DNA of 42,209 nt from Haemophilus parainfluenzae. Its GTDB lineage: Bacteria > Pseudomonadota > Gammaproteobacteria > Enterobacterales > Pasteurellaceae. Below, one piece after another: positions 8,620 to 19,100 of this stretch (the stretch's first letter is position 1; the number at the start of each line of letters is the position of its first letter). The notes beneath the pieces are model-generated. The model saw only the letters and a program-made list of their open reading frames with translations, was not told where the DNA came from and made no database searches. The translations under genes and the position numbers were made by a program. The stretch lies in assembly GCA_916720325.1 (NCBI GenBank), contig CAKAQT010000001.1, positions 1 to 42,209 on the forward strand, in the 5' to 3' direction.

Positions 8620-9921
8620 TTAACTTGCTTTCGTTACTAATAAATTTGCTAATGTTTTCACACCAATTCCGGTTGCGCCAACCGCCCATAAATCACTACC
8701 TGATTTACGATAAGTGGCCGAACAATCAATATGCAACCAACCTTGTTGATAGTTTTTCACAAAATACGATAAAAATGCCGTTGCAGTACTCGCCCCCGCC
8801 ACAACTGGCGCAGTGCCTGTATTTGCAATATCCGCAAAAGAAGAAGTAATTTGGCTACGATGGAACGCTTCAAAAGGCAAACGCCAGAACGGTTCATTTT
8901 CTTCTTTCGCAGCTTGGAATAAGCTATTTACCAACGCATCATCCATAGAAAGCACGCTGTGGTAATCATTACCGACTGCCACTTTCGCTGCACCGGTTAA
9001 GGTTGCACAATCGACAATAAATTGTGGATTTTGACTATCGGCTTCAATTAAGCCATCCGCCAATACTAAACGGCCTTCCGCATCAGTATTTAAAATCTCA
9101 GCGGTTACACCATTTTTATACGTGATGATATCACCCAATTTAAACGCATTACCGCTCACCAAGTTTTCCGCACAGCATAGATAGAGTTTTACTCGTTGAT
9201 TTAAACCGTGCGCAATCGCAAATCCTAACGCGCCCGTTAATAACGCTGCGCCGCCCATATCAGTACGCATAGTGCTCATGCCATCACTTGGTTTGATGCT
9301 GTAACCACCACTGTCAAAAGTAATACCTTTACCCACTAAACAGGCTAATACAGGCGCATTTGGATCATTAGTCGGGTTAAAATCTAATTGCAACATAGCG
9401 GGCGGATTAATAGAACCACGCCCCACAGTAAAGATCCCGTGGTAACCTTGCTCTTTTAACGCTTCACCAGAAATGATTTGAAAACTGACCGCACTTTTAT
9501 CGGCATAATTTTCGGCTTGTTTAGAAATAAACTCAGCCGCGCGTTCAGCTAATTTAACTGGCGTAAGTGTTTCTGCAGGTTCATTAATAATTCCACGCAC
9601 AAAATCACCACATTCAATACGGGCCAATAATTCATCTTGTGGCTCATCATCTAAATGAGGAAATTCAATCGAATAATCTTGCTTCGCCGAGTAAAAACCT
9701 TGATAAAATGCCCAGCAATTTTCTAATTCCCATGCATCCCCCACAAGTTCAACGTCTTTAATGCCTTGCCCACGTAACTTACGTGCGGCTTTTTGGACTA
9801 AAACAAGGTTCGATTTTTCATCATCTTTAAGATGAATAACGGCTTGATCTTGATTAAAACTTAAAATGGCATTTTTGCCCCAACTCTCCGAAGCGGGAGC
9901 CGTTGATAATGTAATTTGCAT
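8620..9921 (-). CDS. pepB: Aminopeptidase PepB (M17)
   Basis: [29 protein letters not shown]. Confidence 0.97.
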   Translation of the reverse strand: MQITLSTAPASESWGKNAILSFNQDQAVIHLKDDEKSNLVLVQKAARKLRGQGIKDVELVGDAWELENCWAFYQGFYSAKQDYSIEFPHLDDEPQDELLARIECGDFVRGIINEPAETLTPVKLAERAAEFISKQAENYADKSAVSFQIISGEALKEQGYHGIFTVGRGSINPPAMLQLDFNPTNDPNAPVLACLVGKGITFDSGGYSIKPSDGMSTMRTDMGGAALLTGALGFAIAHGLNQRVKLYLCCAENLVSGNAFKLGDIITYKNGVTAEILNTDAEGRLVLADGLIEADSQNPQFIVDCATLTGAAKVAVGNDYHSVLSMDDALVNSLFQAAKEENEPFWRLPFEAFHRSQITSSFADIANTGTAPVVAGASTATAFLSYFVKNYQQGWLHIDCSATYRKSGSDLWAVGATGIGVKTLANLLVTKAS

Positions 9922-9951
9922 GTAGTTCTTCTCCTTTATTTCGTTATCTAG

Positions 9952-11370
9952 CTAATAAGCTCCAGTTTTCTTCCATACAACTTTAAAGGTTTTAAATAGG
10001 ATCACGATATCATTCCATAATGACCAGTTCTTTGCGTACCAAGTATCAAAATAGACACGAGTATCATAACTTACATTATTTCGTCCACTAACTTGCCATA
10101 AACCTGTCATTCCAGGTTTTGCCATAAGATAATAATCAACATCATCCTGATAATAAAGTAACTCCTCTTTTACTATTGGGCGAGGTCCTACTAAACTCAT
10201 TTCACCTTTGAGAACATTCCAAAGCTGTGGCAATTCATCTAGACTTCTAGCTCTTAGCCATCTTCCAATTGGTGTAATACGAGGGTCATTTTTAAGTTTA
10301 AAATCTTTTTCCCATTCTAAACGAGCATCTTCATCCGTTGCTAAAACTCTTTCTAAAACTTCATCAGCATTATTTACCATAGTTCTAAACTTCAAGCATT
10401 TGAATTCTTTTTTATTTTGACCAATTCTTGAATGCCCATAAATTAGTTTTCCACCATCTTTCTTAATAAGAAAATACAATGGTATACATAATGGAAATAA
10501 AAAAATCAAAAGAAAAGAGGCCCCCAATATATCAAAGACTCTTTTAATAAATCGAGAAGACCGTTTTGCTAAGTTATTATTTACTCGAAACAGTACCATT
10601 TCATGGCTAAACAGAAAAGACATATCCGTGCCATAAAGTGGAATACCTCGGAAATCAGGAATGACTGATATAGAACGACAACCTTTTCGAATTAAATAAC
10701 GCAACCAGAAATCCTGCTTTACTTTATTTTCCTCATCTACAGCCAGAATAAACTGTGTGAACTCCGGAGAAACCAGCTTGATCAATAACTCAGGGTTATG
10801 GCGCATTACCGGCACATCTTCAATAAACTCTGACTTATATTCTTCAGTAGTTATAAATAACTTAATATCAAATCCTAAATATGGTTCATTATTTAATGCA
10901 TCAAATACTTCTTTCGCATTCTTGCCATTGCCAATAATGATGGTTTCTTTCAAATACCACCCTAATTTAATAAGTAAATTTTTGATTAAAATTCGTCCCA
11001 ATGGCACTAAAGTAAAAACCAAAAGCCAAGTTACAGACCAAAAATAACGAGAAACATAAAGACGGGAAAAAGCAACTATAGCTAGCTCAATAACCAAAAT
11101 AATTAATAATGTTCTAAATATTTCTTTTAACTCAAACCAAAATGGCTTGCGATAGGTATAATGACGCAAACGAATCCAAAACCAAATAACACAGCAACCT
11201 CCCATAAGACAATGTATAAGAATAAAAGAGGAAAGCTGCTCGACGGGAAAATATCGATCATCCCCCCCACTAATTTCAAGTAAAAAGAAAGATGATAAAA
11301 AAATAGAAATCCCAAAAGAAAAAAAATCTATAGAAATTTGAAAAAACTTAATGAAATTGGCTCTATTCAT
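9952..11370 (-). CDS. wbaP: Undecaprenyl-phosphate galactose phosphotransferase (initiating)
   Basis: RLRHYTYRKPFWFELKE, KFRTM, KNDPRIT, SLDELPQLWNVLKGEMSLVGPRP, KPGMTGLWQVSGRN. Confidence 0.93.
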   Translation of the reverse strand: MNRANFIKFFQISIDFFSFGISIFLSSFFLLEISGGDDRYFPVEQLSSFILIHCLMGGCCVIWFWIRLRHYTYRKPFWFELKEIFRTLLIILVIELAIVAFSRLYVSRYFWSVTWLLVFTLVPLGRILIKNLLIKLGWYLKETIIIGNGKNAKEVFDALNNEPYLGFDIKLFITTEEYKSEFIEDVPVMRHNPELLIKLVSPEFTQFILAVDEENKVKQDFWLRYLIRKGCRSISVIPDFRGIPLYGTDMSFLFSHEMVLFRVNNNLAKRSSRFIKRVFDILGASFLLIFLFPLCIPLYFLIKKDGGKLIYGHSRIGQNKKEFKCLKFRTMVNNADEVLERVLATDEDARLEWEKDFKLKNDPRITPIGRWLRARSLDELPQLWNVLKGEMSLVGPRPIVKEELLYYQDDVDYYLMAKPGMTGLWQVSGRNNVSYDTRVYFDTWYAKNWSLWNDIVILFKTFKVVWKKTGAY

Positions 11371-11371
11371 A

Positions 11372-12295
11372 TTACTTATCCCAATATCCTTTATGCATAC
11401 TAAGTGCCTTACACCACTTATAAGGTAACATATAGTAATAATAACCTAATTTAAAACCAATTAATTTAGCCAATGTAGATAGTATTGCCTTAGGAATTAA
11501 AAGTGGTGACTTTATAGACAAAAACTTTAATTCTGATAGTACAAACCTTTTCCCCTCAGAAGCAGCCCTACCAAATTTTTGTTGAATCCATTGCTGTTCT
11601 TGCTGAAATACACCCGTATCAAAATAACGTTGGAATTCTTGTTTTAGTGTATAGTTATGACTGTGAAATACTGTTGCCTCAGCGCAGTAAGCAACTTTAT
11701 ATCCCGATAAAATCATTTTTGCCGTCAAATACATATCTTCCGCTAAAATAGTGTTATCCGGGAATCCACCTAATTCCTCAAAAACTGATAGACGATAGGC
11801 AGCAAAAGAATTTGACATAAATGCTGCTTTTATTCCAAGTGTTGGAATATCTACCTGTGATTTAACTTTTGATTCAGGCGGATAATTAAAATAGCGGGCA
11901 TGAGTGGCTAACATTGTTGCATTATGATGTGGTAACTGTCGACCACAAACAGCGGCCACCTTAGAATCTACAAAGGGAGAGAGTAAATTTGCTAACGAAT
12001 CTGGCGATGCTAAAATTGCATCTTGAGTCATAAACACCACTACATCAGTAAAACTTTTGCCAAATTCAACCGCTTGATTACGCGTTCTACCATGGTTAAA
12101 GATGGATTGCGGAATAGAATAGACTGAAAATCCTGCTTCTTCCGCTAGTTTTACCGTATTATCAGAAGAAGAAGAATCAATCACAATTACTTTATCAGCT
12201 TTTAGGGATTGGGATTGATAAGCGGTGATCCAATCTTGCCATTGATTACCTGCATTACAAGTTGGTACACACAATACAAATTGAAGAGCGCTCAT
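11372..12295 (-). CDS. GT2 rhamnosyltransferase (RfbN/WbaN-like)
   Basis: VIDSSSSD, FNHGRTRN, TQDA, SNSFAAYR, ILAEDM, HSHNYT. Confidence 0.85.
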   Translation of the reverse strand: MSALQFVLCVPTCNAGNQWQDWITAYQSQSLKADKVIVIDSSSSDNTVKLAEEAGFSVYSIPQSIFNHGRTRNQAVEFGKSFTDVVVFMTQDAILASPDSLANLLSPFVDSKVAAVCGRQLPHHNATMLATHARYFNYPPESKVKSQVDIPTLGIKAAFMSNSFAAYRLSVFEELGGFPDNTILAEDMYLTAKMILSGYKVAYCAEATVFHSHNYTLKQEFQRYFDTGVFQQEQQWIQQKFGRAASEGKRFVLSELKFLSIKSPLLIPKAILSTLAKLIGFKLGYYYYMLPYKWCKALSMHKGYWDK

Positions 12296-12304
12296 TTTTC
12301 TGCC

Positions 12305-13216
12305 TTATTTTACCAAAAGTGATAATAGCCACTGCTTTAACTTTGGCACACTTTGATACTCTCTTTTTGAAGAGGGAGGTAAACAATGTGGTTTGCCATA
12401 TTGTGTAGCAAATTGTTCAAACATTTTAACTTGCCGAATTGCTTGACGAATATTTTTCCAGTATGACTTAAATCGAATAAAATAATAAAATAGGCGCAAT
12501 TTATGGTTAAACACCCCCACTTGATTTTGGCAATGTTGACGATAATCTAGTAAAGGCTTATCTATAAATTGTGTTTCACCATAATAACGCGCTAACAGTG
12601 CCAACCACCAATCGTGCATATAAAGTTCAGAAAGTTGAGTATAAGATAAAGAATCTAGTGCTAGATTACGTAAGGCACGATTGATCATACAGGCTGCGCC
12701 TTGCACACAGTTTTTATACAAAATCGAATCATCATTTAAGCATTTCGCACTTAAAGCCTGATAAGTAAAAAAACTTGGCGAAATTTCATTATTTTGTTCA
12801 TCAATCAAACGCGCGTCACTAAAGATGAGCGCTGGAATAGCATTATTTTTCTGCTTGGCAATTTTAGCAAATTCACCCACTTTATTTATATGCCAAATAT
12901 CATCTTGATCTGCTAAAAAGGTAAAATCTGCTTCACTATATTTTAGTGCAAATAAAAAATTAGCAATCACCCCTTTTCTCGGACCTTGCACAATGTTATA
13001 AGCAGTAAAATTAGCATTAGCAAAGGTATTTCTGACAATAAAAATCGTCTCATCACAAGATCCATCATCAGACACAATAATTTTTTGCGGCAAAATGGGT
13101 TGAGATAAAATGCTTTTTAATTGTGAAGATATAAAAGATGCACCGTTGAAGGTGCATACAATTACGTCATATTTAAAATACTCTTCTAAGATAAAATAAT
13201 TCATAAGAGCAATCAC
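12305..13216 (-). CDS. GT2 glycosyltransferase (RgpB-like rhamnosyltransferase); alternative ATG start at 13204
   Basis: SDDGSCD, ADQDDIW, MHDWWL, YRQH. Confidence 0.85.
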   Translation of the reverse strand: MIALMNYFILEEYFKYDVIVCTFNGASFISSQLKSILSQPILPQKIIVSDDGSCDETIFIVRNTFANANFTAYNIVQGPRKGVIANFLFALKYSEADFTFLADQDDIWHINKVGEFAKIAKQKNNAIPALIFSDARLIDEQNNEISPSFFTYQALSAKCLNDDSILYKNCVQGAACMINRALRNLALDSLSYTQLSELYMHDWWLALLARYYGETQFIDKPLLDYRQHCQNQVGVFNHKLRLFYYFIRFKSYWKNIRQAIRQVKMFEQFATQYGKPHCLPPSSKREYQSVPKLKQWLLSLLVK

Positions 13217-13229
13217 TCTTCTTTTTAAT

Positions 13230-14264
13230 TTATTTAAATATATATTTTCTTAAATAAACTTGCGATGGCTTTTCAATAAAATAGTAACTAATTATAGATA
13301 CAATAAGTGCTATAATGCTTATAAAAAACAACATCATAGTTTTATTTTCCTCATAAAAAGGATCATTAGTCCTAATGTAAAATTCACCAATATAGAATAC
13401 CAACTGATGCCATAAATATAATGAAAACGAAATATTACCAAAAAACTCAAGAATACTTGATAGCCTAAAATTGTAATCCCTTTCTGAAACAACAGCTCCA
13501 TATACAAGCATAGCTGCTGGTAATGTAAGAGTTAATACTCTATTGTATGGTGAACTCCAACTACCTAATTTAACATTAACATAAGCCATTACTACAAATA
13601 ATATAGCACCTAGAAAAAAGGCTGTTCTACCGTAACTCATCTTATACGTAATAATAAATTGCGCGACAACAGCTCCAACACAAAATTGTAGTATTTGCGG
13701 ATTAAATGGTATGAAACTATTTAATTCTGGTTTGTATACAGCAACGAGTGAAATTAAAATAATCTCAATAAAGATCCAAATATATATAAAGAAAAAGAAT
13801 TTTTTCCTAAAAAATATTGCAATAGATAGGATTAGATAGAAGAACATTTCATATGCTAATGTCCAAGCTACCATGACTTTATTATTTGTAACTGTAGTTA
13901 ATGTTACTAATTTAAACAAAGACACCTGAGGAAACCAATCTGGAGCTAACGCCATATAAGAAGAAGCAATAAAAGCAACCATTAATACGAGCCAATATAC
14001 AGGGTATATTCTTATAATTCTTTTAATAATGAAGGATAATACAGGTTTGCAAGGAGCTTTATTTTCAGCATCCTTAAATGCAACTAAAGTTACAACAAAT
14101 CCCGATATAACAAAAAATATATCAACTCCCGATGGACCGAATAAATAATAACCATAATAAACAGCCCAATCAGGCATTATTCCAGACTTAAATGAGACTA
14201 AATGAGCAAAAAATACTAATAATGATGCAATTCCCCTCAATGCTTGAATATTATAGAAATACAT
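13230..14264 (-). CDS. Membrane O-acyltransferase (acyltransferase_3/OafA family)
   Basis: IQALRGIA...H, GVDIFFVISGF, KRIIRIYP, WTLAYEMFFY, ISFSLYLWH, SYYFIEKP; start moved to ATG 14264 to avoid overlap with the upstream gene. Confidence 0.9.
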   Translation of the reverse strand: MYFYNIQALRGIASLLVFFAHLVSFKSGIMPDWAVYYGYYLFGPSGVDIFFVISGFVVTLVAFKDAENKAPCKPVLSFIIKRIIRIYPVYWLVLMVAFIASSYMALAPDWFPQVSLFKLVTLTTVTNNKVMVAWTLAYEMFFYLILSIAIFFRKKFFFFIYIWIFIEIILISLVAVYKPELNSFIPFNPQILQFCVGAVVAQFIITYKMSYGRTAFFLGAILFVVMAYVNVKLGSWSSPYNRVLTLTLPAAMLVYGAVVSERDYNFRLSSILEFFGNISFSLYLWHQLVFYIGEFYIRTNDPFYEENKTMMLFFISIIALIVSIISYYFIEKPSQVYLRKYIFK

Positions 14265-14268
14265 AATT

Positions 14269-15081
14269 TTACTTTTTCCCCCACACAGCCATAGAATCAT
14301 AAGGTCGAGAAGGGAAAACATTATATTTAGGCTTAATTTTCAGATCATGTACTGCAATAAATTCTTCTACTGCTGTTCGCAAACTCTTTGGCTTACCTGA
14401 GCAACAGTTAAATATCCCAGACTGCTTACTTGAAATTCTTTCTTCTATTTGTGCTGATAGTTCCTCAATATCAATAAAGTCATAAAGCATTTCGCCACTA
14501 TTCAATGGAAAAAATTCTTGTCCTTCATCTTCAGCCTTTAAGATCTTCGTAAAAATAGAATTACTAAAACGGTCATCGCCTGTAATATAGTAAAAGCGTA
14601 ACCACTGTAAATTTAATTCAGGCGTGACACTAGCAAAATCAAACATTGCTTGGCGTAAGAAGTTTTTTGCAATTCCATAAGGATTTCTAGGATTACAAGG
14701 TGTATTTTCATCAATAGGTCCAACAAAGTATCCGACCTCATGCATCGTTCCTGCAACAGAGATATTTTTTATACCTAATTCTGCCATCGATGTGAGAAAT
14801 TCATAATGTTTCATCACGTTAGCTAAATGAGATGGGTCTCGATGATTAAACCCAGCCTGCCAAGCCAAATGTAATAAACATTCTGCATCCTTCACTAAAT
14901 CATATTTCTTATCTTGAGATAAAGCAAAGATATTCCCATAAAATAAGCTTGCTCCCTCTAAAAAATGATGGGGCGTTTCTCCATCGAAGAGCATTGCAGT
15001 GACTTGATGTCCTTTATCTAATAAACCTCTTACAACATTTCTACCGATATAACCATTGGCTCCAGTTACAATAATATTCAT
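14269..15081 (-). CDS. tll: NAD-dependent SDR, probable dTDP-6-deoxy-L-talose synthase (dTDP-6-deoxy-L-lyxo-4-hexulose reductase)
   Basis: TGANGYIG, LHLAWQAGFNH, GTMHEVGY, YGIAK; closely resembles, from recall, A. actinomycetemcomitans serotype c Tll. Confidence 0.75.
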   Translation of the reverse strand: MNIIVTGANGYIGRNVVRGLLDKGHQVTAMLFDGETPHHFLEGASLFYGNIFALSQDKKYDLVKDAECLLHLAWQAGFNHRDPSHLANVMKHYEFLTSMAELGIKNISVAGTMHEVGYFVGPIDENTPCNPRNPYGIAKNFLRQAMFDFASVTPELNLQWLRFYYITGDDRFSNSIFTKILKAEDEGQEFFPLNSGEMLYDFIDIEELSAQIEERISSKQSGIFNCCSGKPKSLRTAVEEFIAVHDLKIKPKYNVFPSRPYDSMAVWGKK

Positions 15082-15085
15082 TGAA

Positions 15086-16987
15086 TTAATGTCCTCTTAA
15101 TTTATGATAATAGTGTCTTAATTTTCTATATGGCATACGTGTTACTTTGGATAATTTAGGATAATTACCTAATACATGATTTTTTAATAGGCGTACCACA
15201 TTAATTATAAAATAACGGCTAATATTTGGATTTCCAGATGAAATATTATTTCCCACCATATATTTAGCATTATGAGCCAGACTAATTTGATATGAAATGT
15301 CTCCATTAGAAAGATTACTTACTAATCTCTGCATTTTATATTCTAACTTAGTGTAATTAAGCTCCATCATTTCTGACGACATAATGTTACATGCTAAGTA
15401 ACCTGCATCATGAGCGGTATAAGCTAATAAACGTTCTAGAACATGCGCCAACGATCCATCACAATGCATTGGCTCTTTATTAAACTCTTCAAACTTCCAG
15501 TTATATTCAAAAAGTTTACGCAATGCCTTTGGTCTGAACCAAAACATAGTACCGTATGCAGCAAATGGAGAAATGTCATCAAATGGAATTTTAACACCAA
15601 CCTTTTCTGCTATTTTTATAGCTAATTCCCTATTAGTAAACCAAGCATGACCTAAAGTAGGATGACCTATATGCACCATTGAAGGCATTGCAAATCCTAT
15701 TGATTTATTTTTATCTAAGTAATTTAATACCTTAGATGTATAAGCTTTATCTTTTAAAAGATTTAGATACATCATCTCTTTAAAGTGTTGAGACATATTA
15801 TGAGAATTTTGTGGTGATTTTTTAGAATGTAATCGACAAATCCAATCATATTCATTTGATAAAACTTCTTCTTTACATGTAATAAAAAGAGATGACATAT
15901 CTCTACCACGATTTTGCTCTACTACTTTTACATTAATTGATTTTGCACCACTAGATTGTAATATTGAATTAGATTCAATCTTACATTTATTTTCTGTACT
16001 AGAAGTAGTAATAAGTAAATCATAAGAACAAGGTATATTTTTAGTATAACCAACGATTTCATCGAGCATATCTGGATAATAAATATGCGCAATAACCAAA
16101 ATTTTAATATCGGATCTTACTTTTTCTTCACATTGTGAATCAAAAACTTTCAATAAAGTTAGGTTAGTCGAAAGATCCTTAGGTTTAGTTGTTCTAAGTA
16201 TATTTTTAAATATAAGAGTCGTATCATAATCAGAGTTATTTTCAATATACTCTATACTTCTACGTAAAAATAAGCATTCTACGTCATGATAAAGCGGATC
16301 ATGAAAAAAAGGTCTTCTTTTTAGTATAGGACAACGGTGTTTTAACGTATCTTCTATTGATAGAAAAGTTGGGTAATTTACAGAAAAATCATCTGAATCA
16401 ATATAAACAGAATAATTATATCCTTTTGTTAAGAAATGATTAGTAAACCTAGATTCATGCATTAATACTGAATCAGTATATGAACGAATCATAGGCATAT
16501 TCTTCCAATAATCTTGGAACTCATGAGAGACTAATAAAGTTTTTCTAATTGCAATAAAATGCGATTGAATATGCTTAGGTAAAATACCTGTTCCCGTATA
16601 AGGATTTGGTTTTATTTCAGCATGATCAGAAATCCCCCAGAAATCAACATCTTGCTTTTCTGACCACTCAAATAATTCTGAGAATGGGAAAATAGGCGCA
16701 AAGAAAGTATAATTTAATAAAATAACTTCATCATATTCAGCTAGTTTCTCAAAGCCAATTTTCTCAATTGCCTCTTTATATCCCCAGACATCAAATCCTA
16801 CATTTTCTCGGCACATAATATAATCTGTGCAATGTTGAATCTTTTTACGTGAATCAACAGTTAATCCTGAATTTGAAACAAACCAAATGTCTTGGACAAA
16901 CTCTTTTAGTTTTTCTAGTTTATATGGGATATAATCATCTACAATTCCATCGTGATCATAGAATAAATAAATTGCTAATCTTTTCAT
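15086..16987 (-). CDS. RgpF (rhamnan synthesis F)-family glycosyltransferase/polymerase, two-module
   Basis: KRLAIYLFYD..GIVDDY, RENVGFDVWGYK, DFWGI, HIQSHF, HIYY, NRGRD, HSKKS, GTMFWFR, DGSLAHVLER. Confidence 0.85.
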   Translation of the reverse strand: MKRLAIYLFYDHDGIVDDYIPYKLEKLKEFVQDIWFVSNSGLTVDSRKKIQHCTDYIMCRENVGFDVWGYKEAIEKIGFEKLAEYDEVILLNYTFFAPIFPFSELFEWSEKQDVDFWGISDHAEIKPNPYTGTGILPKHIQSHFIAIRKTLLVSHEFQDYWKNMPMIRSYTDSVLMHESRFTNHFLTKGYNYSVYIDSDDFSVNYPTFLSIEDTLKHRCPILKRRPFFHDPLYHDVECLFLRRSIEYIENNSDYDTTLIFKNILRTTKPKDLSTNLTLLKVFDSQCEEKVRSDIKILVIAHIYYPDMLDEIVGYTKNIPCSYDLLITTSSTENKCKIESNSILQSSGAKSINVKVVEQNRGRDMSSLFITCKEEVLSNEYDWICRLHSKKSPQNSHNMSQHFKEMMYLNLLKDKAYTSKVLNYLDKNKSIGFAMPSMVHIGHPTLGHAWFTNRELAIKIAEKVGVKIPFDDISPFAAYGTMFWFRPKALRKLFEYNWKFEEFNKEPMHCDGSLAHVLERLLAYTAHDAGYLACNIMSSEMMELNYTKLEYKMQRLVSNLSNGDISYQISLAHNAKYMVGNNISSGNPNISRYFIINVVRLLKNHVLGNYPKLSKVTRMPYRKLRHYYHKLRGH

Positions 16988-17001
16988 TTTTTTCCTTAGA
17001 T

Positions 17002-17745
17002 TTAGTTATTAACCATAGAAGATATATATTCTTGAGAAACAGAATAAGTATCCCCTATAGCCCTTACTTCACCATTATCAATCCAGATTGCGTTAGAGCA
17101 TAACTCTTTAACTTGCTCAATTGAATGAGATACAAACAATAATGTTGTGCCATTGCTCAACAAATGTTCCATTCTCTCTTTACACTTTTGTTGAAAGGCA
17201 AAATCGCCTACGGCTAATACTTCATCAACAATCAAAATGTCAGGTTTCTGCACTGTTGCAATAGCAAATCCTAATCTAGCAGACATACCTGAAGAAAAAT
17301 TCTTAATAGGAACATCAATAAAATCATTTAATTCTGCAAAGTCAACAATCGCTTGGAAATGAGATTCAATAAATCTTTTACTATAGCCTAATAATGCCCC
17401 ATTAAGAAAAATATTTTCTCTTGCTGTCAATTCCGGATCAAAGCCAGCTCCTAATTCAATTAATGGTGAAATAGAGCCATTGACTGTTACATTTCCTTGG
17501 TAAGGTCTGATAATTCCTGAAATTAATTTAAGTAAAGTAGATTTCCCTGAACCATTCTTCCCAATTAATCCCCAAGACTCCCCTCGTTTTACAGTAAAAT
17601 TAATATTTTTAAGTGCCAAGAACTCTTGAAACATTAGTTCTCGTTTTAACATCTTAATAATATATTCTTTTAAACCACTAATACTTTCAGCTGATTTATT
17701 AAATCTTACTGTAGCATTTTTTACTTCGATCACTATATCATTCAT
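17002..17745 (-). CDS. wzt: Polysaccharide ABC transporter ATPase (short, no C-terminal carbohydrate-binding domain)
   Basis: GKNGSGKST, ELGAGFDPELTARENI, FSSGM, DEVLAVGD, VSH. Confidence 0.93.
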   Translation of the reverse strand: MNDIVIEVKNATVRFNKSAESISGLKEYIIKMLKRELMFQEFLALKNINFTVKRGESWGLIGKNGSGKSTLLKLISGIIRPYQGNVTVNGSISPLIELGAGFDPELTARENIFLNGALLGYSKRFIESHFQAIVDFAELNDFIDVPIKNFSSGMSARLGFAIATVQKPDILIVDEVLAVGDFAFQQKCKERMEHLLSNGTTLLFVSHSIEQVKELCSNAIWIDNGEVRAIGDTYSVSQEYISSMVNN

Positions 17746-17751
17746 AATTAT

Positions 17752-18528
17752 TTAGATATAAAGTATAAATTCATTTTCTTTACGATTGAAAAACCAAATA
17801 CCGACTAATAATAGAATTATCGATATAATAAAACCTTGAGATAAAGACTCCATTGACAAACTCTGCCCATTTAGAATTACATTTCTAAACTGCTCAACAT
17901 AATTCACCATAGGATTAAGGTTATCATACCACCAACGATATTCTTGAGAAATAATAGACACAGGATAAATTATAGGAGTTAAATACATCCAAATAGAAGT
18001 AAAAACACCCCATAAATATTGAATATCTCTAAAAAATACAGTTGAAGCCGATAAAATGAATCCTAATCCTAAACTAAAAATATAAAGCTCTAAGAAAATT
18101 ATGGGAACCCATAAAACATTCAATGTAATTTCTACTTGGGTAAAAATCATCACAAGAATTAGGGCTATCATTGCAAACAGCATATTAACTAATGAGCTTG
18201 TTATTTTAGATAAAACAAAAATATACTTTGGTACATATGTCTTTTTAATTAAAGAAGCATTATGAACAATAGCTGTGACTGAACTAGAGGTCGCCTCTGA
18301 AACAAAACCAAAAATTAATTGTCCTGTAAGAAGATAGGCTGAAAAATTAGGAATATCGAATTTAAATAAGTTTGAAAAAACCACTGTTAATACAATCATC
18401 ATTAACAAAGGATTTAAAATACTCCAAATATAGCCTAAATAACTTCTTCTATATTTTAGTTTTATATCCTTAAGGACCAACTGCTTCAATAATTCGATAT
18501 ATTTAATTTGATTTACAAATGATTTCAT
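17752..18528 (-). CDS. wzm: Polysaccharide ABC transporter permease
   Basis: DIKLKYRRSYLGYIWSILNPL, FFRDIQY, YLTPIIYP, LNPM; ATG at 18528 preferred over TTG at 18534. Confidence 0.93.
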   Translation of the reverse strand: MKSFVNQIKYIELLKQLVLKDIKLKYRRSYLGYIWSILNPLLMMIVLTVVFSNLFKFDIPNFSAYLLTGQLIFGFVSEATSSSVTAIVHNASLIKKTYVPKYIFVLSKITSSLVNMLFAMIALILVMIFTQVEITLNVLWVPIIFLELYIFSLGLGFILSASTVFFRDIQYLWGVFTSIWMYLTPIIYPVSIISQEYRWWYDNLNPMVNYVEQFRNVILNGQSLSMESLSQGFIISIILLLVGIWFFNRKENEFILYI

Positions 18529-18538
18529 AAACAATATC

Positions 18539-19081
18539 TTATTTAAATTTCACAGCATCCTTTAAAATTTTTCCAGCTAAATCTTTTGCTGACAAACTCG
18601 GTTCGCTCTCTAAAGGCCATTCAATACCGACGGTCTCATCATTCCAAATTAAGGAATGCTCTGCTTTAGGATTATAGTAATCAGTACATTTATAAGTAAA
18701 TTCAGCTTCATCAGTTAAAACATAAAAGCCATGTGCAAACCCTTCAGGTACCCAAAGCTGACGTTTATTTTCAGCAGATAAAATTTCACCTACCCATTGT
18801 CCAAATGTAGGAGAGAATTCCCGCATATCAACGGCAACATCAAATACAGCTCCAGATACTACACGCACTAATTTACCTTGTGTATTTTCAGTTTGATAAT
18901 GTAATCCACGTAATACTCCTTTTACCGATTTTGAATGATTTTCTTGTACAAAAGTACGATCTGCTACATTTTGTTTAAACCATTCATCACGGAAGGTTTC
19001 CATAAAGAAACCACGTTCATCACCGAATACTTGAGGTTCTAATAATTTTACATCGGGAATTTTAGTATCAATAACTTTCAT
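18539..19081 (-). CDS. rmlC: dTDP-4-dehydrorhamnose 3,5-epimerase
   Basis: FGDERGFF, VLRGLHYQ, QGKLVRV, FAHGF. Confidence 0.98.
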   Translation of the reverse strand: MKVIDTKIPDVKLLEPQVFGDERGFFMETFRDEWFKQNVADRTFVQENHSKSVKGVLRGLHYQTENTQGKLVRVVSGAVFDVAVDMREFSPTFGQWVGEILSAENKRQLWVPEGFAHGFYVLTDEAEFTYKCTDYYNPKAEHSLIWNDETVGIEWPLESEPSLSAKDLAGKILKDAVKFK

Positions 19082-19100
19082 TATGAATCCTTATATTTTC

